NCBI RefSeq assembly: GCF_009914755.1
Contig: NC_060938.1
Strand: one strand, 5' to 3'
DNA from: the human T2T-CHM13v2.0 reference genome, Homo sapiens
DNA: 64,000 nt
This document shows positions 56,940 to 64,000 of this stretch, piece after piece (position 1 is the stretch's first letter; the number at the start of each line of letters is the position of its first letter). Under the pieces are notes generated by a model that did no database searches, was not told the origin of the DNA, and saw only the letters and a list, made by a program, of their open reading frames with translations. Position numbers and translations under genes: made by a program.

Positions 56940-57250
56940 CCATTCTATTCTATTCCATCCCACTGCAATCCACTCCACTCCACTCCATTCTATTCTATTC
57001 CACTCCACTCCATTTCATTCCACTCCACTACATTCCACTCCACTACATTCCATTCCAATTCATTCCATTCCATTCTATTCCATTCCATTCCATTCCATTC
57101 CATTGTATTCCATCCCACTGCAAGCCACTCCACTCCAATCCACTCCACCCCATTCCATTCTATTCCACTCCATTCCATTTCATTCCACTCCACTCCATTC
57201 CACTCCACTACATTCCATTCTAATTCATTCCATTCCATTCTATTACATTC
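56940..57250 (+). repeat. ~155-165-bp tandem duplication in domain B
   Basis: CATCCCACTGCAA occurs at 56956 and 57111. CATTTCATTCCACTCCACT...CACTACATTCCATTC(C/T)AATTCATTCC occurs at ~57011 and ~57176. Confidence 0.75.
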
Positions 57251-60200
57251 TATTCCACTCCACTCCTCTACGTTCAATTCCATTTCCATTCATTCCATTT
57301 CATTCCACTGTAATACATTCCATTCCATTGCATTCCAGTCCACTCCACTCCACTCTGTTCAATTCCATTCCTTCCCATTCAATTCCTTTCCAATCCATTC
57401 CACCTGACTCCACTCCACTCCATTCAATTAAATTCCACCCCATTCCATTCCACTCCATTCCACTCCTCTCCACTTCACCGCATTGTTTTCAAATCCATTC
57501 GACGCTTTTCGAGTCCGTTCAATTCGAATCCATTTCATTCGATTCCATTCCATTCAATCCCATTCTATTTGATTCTGTTCCATTCGATTCCATTGCATTT
57601 GATTCCTTTGCATTTGATTCCATTCCATTCCATTCCGTTCCATTGTATTCCATTCCGTTATATTCGATTCCTTTCCATTCGACTCCATTCCTTTCGAGTC
57701 CATTCCATTTGAGTCCAATCCATTCCAGTCCATTCCATTGGAATCCAATCCATTCCAGTCAATTCCATTTGATTCAATTCCATTCCAATCCATTCCATTC
57801 CACTCCACTCCACTCGTCTCCACTCCACTCAACTCCATTCCAATCAAATCCAATGCATTGCACTCAAATACATTGCACTCCATTCCATTCAGTTCCTTTC
57901 CTTCCCATTCCATTCCAACCAATTTCCCTTCACTCCACTCCATTCAATTCCATTCCAGCCTATTCCATTCCACTCCATTCCACTCCACTCCACTTCACCG
58001 CATTCCATTCGATTCTATTCCATTCGATTCCATTCCATTCCTGTCCATTCCGTTCAATTCCATTAAATTCGATTCCATTCCATTCGATTCCATTCCTTTC
58101 GAATCCTTTCCTTTCAATTTCATTCCATTCTGTTCCATTCCATTCCATTCCATTTCATTCGATTCCATTCCATTCGAGTCCATTCATTCCTTTCCATTCC
58201 ATTCCATTCCATTCCACTGCATTCCACTCCACTCCACTCCACTCTGCTCTACTCCATTCCTTCGCATTCCATTCCACTCCATTCCAATCCAGTCCAGTCC
58301 ACTCCATTCTATTCCTATCCACTCCATTCCACTCCATTCCACTCCTCTCCACTCCGCTTCACTGCAATCCATTCCATGCCGTTTGATTACATTCCATTCA
58401 ATTCCGTTCTAATCCATTCAATTACACTCCCTTCCATTCCATTCGATTCCATTCCATTCCATTCTATTCCATTATACTTCAATCGATTGCATTCCATTCC
58501 TTTTGATTCCTTGCCCTTCCATTCCATTTGATACTATTCCATTCTATTCCATTCCATTCCATTCTATTCCGTTCCACTTCATTCCTTTGCATTCAATTCC
58601 TTTCCATTGCATTGCATTCCATTCCATTCCATTCCATTGCATTCCATTCCATTCCAATTGATTCCGTTCCTTTGGATTCCCTTCCATTGAATTCCATTCC
58701 ATTCGAGTCCAGTCCATTCCAGTCCATTCCATTCCAGAACATTTCGTTCCATTCCATTCCATTCCATTCCATTCCAGAACCTTTCGTTCCATTCCATTCC
58801 ATTCCATTCCATTCCATTCCATTCCTTTCCATACCCCTTCACTCCAATTCACTCCACTCCACGCCACTCCATTCCATTCGATTCCATTGCATTCTATTCC
58901 ATTCCATTCCACTCAATTCCATTCCATTCCATTCCACTCCACTCCATTCCAATCCATTCCACTCCATTCCATTCTATTCCATTCCTCTCCACTCGACTCA
59001 ACGCCACTCCATTCCACTTCACTCCATTCCATTCTATTCTATTCCATTGCTTTCCAATCCACTCCACTCCATTCAATTCCATTCCTTCCCATTCCATTCA
59101 ATTCCACTCCATTCCTCTCCACTCCTCTCCACTCCATTCAATTGCATTCCAATCCTTTCCATTGCACACCCCTCCACTGAACATCACTGCATTCCATTCG
59201 AATCCTTACGATGCCATTTGTTTCCATTTCATTTGATTTCATTCAATACCATTTGATTCCAATCCATTTGATTCCATTCCATTTGATTGTATTCCATTTG
59301 ATTCCTTGCATTCAATTCCATTCTATGTCATTCCTTTCCATTCGAATCCACTCCATTCCATTCGATTCCACTGTACTCCATTCAACTCCATTCGAGTCCA
59401 TTTCACTCCATTCCATTCCATTCCTTTCCATTCCATTTGATTCCATTCCTTTCGAGTCCATTGCATTCAATTCCATTTCATTCCATTCGATACTATTCCA
59501 TTCCATTCCATTCCATTCCTTTCAATTCCATTCGTGTCATTTCCATTCCATTCCATTCCATTGCACTGCATTCCACTCCACTCCACTCTGTTCAATTCCA
59601 TTCCTTCCCATTCCATTCCACTCCGTTCCAATCCAATCCACTCCACTCCATTCTTTTCCATTCCACTCCTCTCCACTCCAGTTCACTGCATTCCATTTGA
59701 TGCCACTCAGTTCCATTCCATTCGATTCCATTCCATTCCATTCAGTTCCATCCCATTCCGTTCCATTCCTTTCCATTCCCTTCCATTCCATTGCATTTGA
59801 TTCCATTCCTTTTCATTTGATTCCATTCCATTAGATTCCATTCCATTCAATTCCATTCCATTCTATTCAGTTCCATCCCATTCCGTTCCATTCAAATCCA
59901 TTCCCTTCCATTCCATTGCATTCGATTCCATTCCATTTCATTTGATTCCATTCCATTCGATTCCATTCCATTCCTTTTGATTACATTGCACTCAATTCCA
60001 TTCCATTTCACTCTATTCGAGACCATTCCATTCCATTCCTTTCCACTCTGTTTGATTCCATTCCATTCAATTCCATTCGATTCGATTCGATTCCATTCAT
60101 TTCCAATCAATTCCATTCAATTCTATTGCATTCTGTTACATTCCATTCGAGTCCATTCCGTTCCATTCCATTCCATTCCATTCCATTCCATTCCATTCCA

Positions 60201-60359
60201 TTCCATTCCACTCCACTGCACCCCACTCCATTCTATTCCATTCCATTAGAGTCCATTCCATTCAATTCCACTCGACTCCACTCCATTCCACTCCATTCCT
60301 TTCCATGCCATTTCATTCCATTCCACTCCACTCCACTCCATTCCACTGCACTCCATTCT

Positions 60360-63300
60360 ATTCCACTCCACTCCTCTCCAATCCATTCCACTTCACTACT
60401 CTCCATTCCATTCCACACCATTCCACTCCACTCCTATCCACTCCACTCCAATCCTTTCCACTCCACTCCACTCCATTCCACTCCACTCCTCTCCAGTCTG
60501 TTCCACTTCACTCCACTCCCCTACGTTCAATTCCATTCCATCACATTCCATTCATTTCCACTCCACTCCACTCCATTCCATTCCATTCCATTGCATTCCA
60601 CACCACTTCACCCCATTCTGCTCCGTTCAATTCCATTTTTTCCCATTCCAATCCATTGCATTCCACTCTACTCCACCCCACTCCACTCCGTTCAATTCCC
60701 TTCTTTCCCATTCCATTTCACTCCACTCCATTCCCCTCCATTCCACTTCATTCAATTCCATTCCACCCAATTCAATTCCACTGCTTTTCACACCATTCCA
60801 CTCCGCTTCACTGCATTCAGTTGGATTCCATTTGATGCCATTCAACTGCATTCCATTCGATTCCTCTCTATTTGGTAACATTCCATTCTCTTCCATTCCA
60901 TTCGATCCCATTCCATTTGAGTCCAATCCAGTCCTCTCCATTCCATTTTATTCCTTTCCTTTCGAGTCCATTCCATTTCATTCCATTCCATTCCATTCCA
61001 TTCCACTCCATTCCATTCAACTCCATTAAACTCCATTAGAGTCCACTGGATTCCACTCCATTGCACTCCAATGCACTCCCCTCCACTCCATTCCTCTCCA
61101 CTCCACTCCCCTAAAATCCATTCCACTCCATTCTGTTCCACTCCACTCCACTCCTTTCCACAGCACTGCACTCTACTCCACTACATTCCACTGCACTCCA
61201 CTCCATTAAATTCCACTGCATTCCATTCCACTCCACACAACCCTACTCCTTTCCATTACATTCCATTGCATTCCACTGCACTGCACTCCACTCTCCTCCA
61301 AACAATTCCATTGTACTCCTCTCCACTCCACTGCACTCCATTCCTTTCTACTCCATTCCATTCCATCACATTAAATTCCACTCCATTCCACTCCTCTCCA
61401 CTGCACTCCACTCCATTGCATTCCACTCCACTACACTTCACTCCATTCCATTACATTCCATTGAATTCCTCTCCATTCAATTCCATTCCATTCAATTCCA
61501 TTCCATTTGACTCCATTCCATTTGAGTCCATTTGATTCCAATCCATTCCATTCGAGTCCATTCCACTCCATTCCATTGCATTCCATTCCATTCCATTCCA
61601 TTCCACTCCACTGCATTCCCCTCCATTCCATTCAATTCCTTTCCATTACAGTCCATTCCATTCAATTCCACTCCACTCCACTCCACTCCATTCCATTCCA
61701 TTCCATTCCACTCCACTCCATTCCATTGCATTCCACTCCACTTCACCCCACTCTGCTCCGTTCAATTCCATTCTTTCCCTTTTGAATCCATTGCATTGCA
61801 CTCTACTCCGCTCCACACCGCTCCATTCAATTTCACTCTTTCCCATTCCATTCCACTCCACTCCACTCCAATCCATTCCATTCAACTCCATTCCTCTCCA
61901 CTCCACTCCACTCCCCTAAAATCCATTCCACTCCATTGCACTCCACTCCATTCCACTCCACTCCACTCCATTCCACAACACTCCACTCTACTCCATTCCA
62001 CTACATTCCACTCCACTACACTCAATTCCATTCCATTGTGTTCCCTTCCACTCCACTCCACACTACTCCATTCCATTACATTCCATTGCATTCCACTGCA
62101 CCCCACTCCACTCCATACAATTCCATTCCACTCCACTCCGTTCCATTCCCCTCTATTCCGTTCCATTCCATTAAATTCCACTCTTATCCACTCCACTCCA
62201 CTCCACTCCATTGCATTCCACTCTACTACACTCCACTCCACTCCATTCCATTACATTCCATTGCATTCCACTCCATTTGATTTCATTCCACTCAATTCTG
62301 TTCCGTTTGACTTCATTCCATTCCAGTCCATTCCACTCCATTACATTCCGTTTCATTCCACTGCACTACACTCCATTTTATTCCATCCATTCCTTTACAG
62401 TCTTTTCAATTCAATTCCACTCCACTCAATTCCACTCCATTCATTTCTATTCCATTCCATTCCTTTCCATTCCACTCCACTCCATTCCATTCCTGTCCTT
62501 TCCAATCAACTCCTCTCCAATCCACTCCACTTTATTCCACTTCACTCCATTCCATTCCACTCCACTCCACTCCTCTCCAATCCATTCCACTTCACTCCAC
62601 CCTATTCCATTCCCCTCCATTACATTCCACTCCATTCCACTCCACTCCTATCCACTCCACTCCAATCCACTCCACTCCATTCCATTCCACTCCACTCCTC
62701 TCCACTCTATTCCACTTCACTCCACTCCACTACTTTCAATTCCATTCCCTCCCATTCCTTTGCTTTCCACTCCATTCCACTCCAATCCACTCCACTTTAT
62801 TCAATTCCATTCCACCCCATTCCATTACAATCCACTCCACTCTACTCCACTCAACTTTAACGCATTACATTCAATTGCATTCGATGCCATTCAATACCAT
62901 TCCCTTCTATTTCATTCCAATCGATTCCATTTTATTAGACTCCATTCCATTTGAGACCATTCCATTCAATTCCACTGCATTCCACTCCACTCCTCTCCAC
63001 TCCTTTCTATTCCATTCCACCCCATTCTATTCCAGTCCATTTCATACCACTCCACTCCACTTTACTGCATTCCATTGGATTCCATTTGATGCCATTCGAC
63101 TCCATTCCATTTGATTCCATTCCATTTGATTACTTTCCTTTTGATTCCATTCCATTCGATTCATTCCATTTGAGTCCATTCCATTCCACGCCATTCTATT
63201 TCAGTCCTTTCCATTCGAGTCCATTCCATTCCATTCCCTTCCATTCCACTCCATTCCATTCCATTCCACTCCATTCCATTCCATTCCACTCTCTTCCACT

Positions 63301-63470
63301 CCACTAGAGTCCACTCTATTCCACTCCATTCCACTCCAAACCACTCCTTACCCCTCCGTTCCACTCCAATCCACTCCACTGCCATAAAATCCATTCCACT
63401 CAATTCCACTTCACTCCTTTCCACTCCACTCCACTCCATTCCACACCACTCCACTCTACTCTACTCCACT
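60360..63470 (+). repeat. ~2.2-kb-offset duplication in domain B
   Basis: Collinear shared k-mers: CTCCTCTCCAATCCATTCCACTTCACT 60371/62570; CTCCTATCCACTCCACTCCAATCC 60431/62645; TTGGATTCCATTTGATGCC ~60821/~63075; TAGAGTCCACT 61037/63305; TAAAATCCATTCCACT 61112/63386. Confidence 0.75.
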
Positions 63471-64000
63471 ACATTCCAATCCACTCCACTGCATTCCACT
63501 CCATTCCATTCCATTGCATTCCATTCACTCCACTCCACCCTACTCCATTCCATTACATCCCATTGCATTCCATTGCACTCCACTCCACTCCCCTCTGTTC
63601 AACTACATAACTTCCCATTCCATTCCATTTGATTGCATTCCACTGCGCTCCACTCCAATCCACTCCTTTCCATTCCACTCCATTCCATTCCATTGCATTC
63701 TATTCCACTCCAATCCATTCCACTCCACTCCATTGCATTCCACTCCACTCCACTCCACGTCATTCCATTACATTCCATTGCATTCCACTCCACTCCACTC
63801 CCCTCCTTTCAATTCCATTCCTTCCCATTCAATTCATTTCCACTCCATCCCAAGACAGTTCACTCCACTCCATTCAATTCCATTCCACCCATTCCCTTCC
63901 AATCCGTTCCCCTCCACTCCACTCCACATCTCCACATTCTGTTCCATTCGAATACATTCCCTTCAATTAAATTCCATTCAATTCCATTCCATTTGATTCC

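Larger units (their letters stand above)
1..64000 (+). repeat. Human Satellite 3-class (CATTC)n/(GAATG)n pericentromeric satellite array, C-rich strand on +
   Basis: Continuous diverged CATTC pentamers (variants CGATT, GAGTC, TATTC, CACTC, CTTTC) end to end, with strong G depletion on +. I did not see the GATGAT motif typical of HSat2 or the CAACCCGAGT decamer of classical satellite 3 arrays. Species (human vs other ape), chromosome and subfamily cannot be fixed by eye. Confidence 0.96.
53451..64000 (+). repeat. Domain B: CACTC-enriched (CATTC/CACTC) satellite sub-array with different landmark motifs
   Basis: Runs of CACTC/CTCCA appear abruptly after ~53,460, and the AATAAATT and GATATCTTTCC landmarks disappear. 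New recurring motifs are CACTTCACCGCATTCC (53541, 55312, 55922, 57471, 57991, with variants at 56657, 58355, 59679, 60804, 63058) and CTCCGTTCAATTCCATTCCTTCCC. Confidence 0.88.

Noticed and set aside
39-63996. Hundreds of ORFs on both strands (up to 442 aa, e.g. 61532-62860, 57103-58386, 9377-10495)
   Set aside because: A (CATTC)n repeat has no stop codon in any frame, so long ORFs are expected. The peptides are just IPFHS/HSTPL or MEWNG periodicities overlapping in all frames, with no domain, splice or promoter context, and many start at non-ATG codons.
1-64000. Human Satellite 2 assignment
   Set aside because: CATTCGATTC occurs, but the array is dominated by CATTC runs and I did not see the recurring GATGAT-containing ~23-26 bp HSat2 unit.
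1-64000. Telomeric, alpha-satellite or CENP-B box sequence
   Set aside because: I saw no TTAGGG arrays, no 171-bp monomer and no CENP-B box.

Overview
The whole 64 kb window is hominid (human-like) pericentromeric satellite DNA built on the diverged pentamer (CATTC)n/(GAATG)n, i.e. the Human Satellite 3 class. The C-rich strand is on + throughout, and I saw no inversion, transposon, unique sequence, gene or RNA gene. All ORFs in the track are translation artefacts of the pentamer (IPFHS / MEWNG periodic peptides). There are two sub-arrays. Domain A (1 to ~53,450) has a hidden ~0.9 kb monomer, marked by about 59 hand-counted copies of CTATTCGAATAAATTCCATTCGAGACC and by GATATCTTTCCATTACAC, and shows layered duplications from 30 bp to ~10-13 kb offsets. 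Domain B (~53,450 to 64,000) is CACTC-rich and CpG-poorer, lacks domain A landmarks and has its own motifs. I found no evidence for a novel coding system; the interesting signal is the array architecture and its history. All counts and coordinates were read by eye and need computational confirmation.
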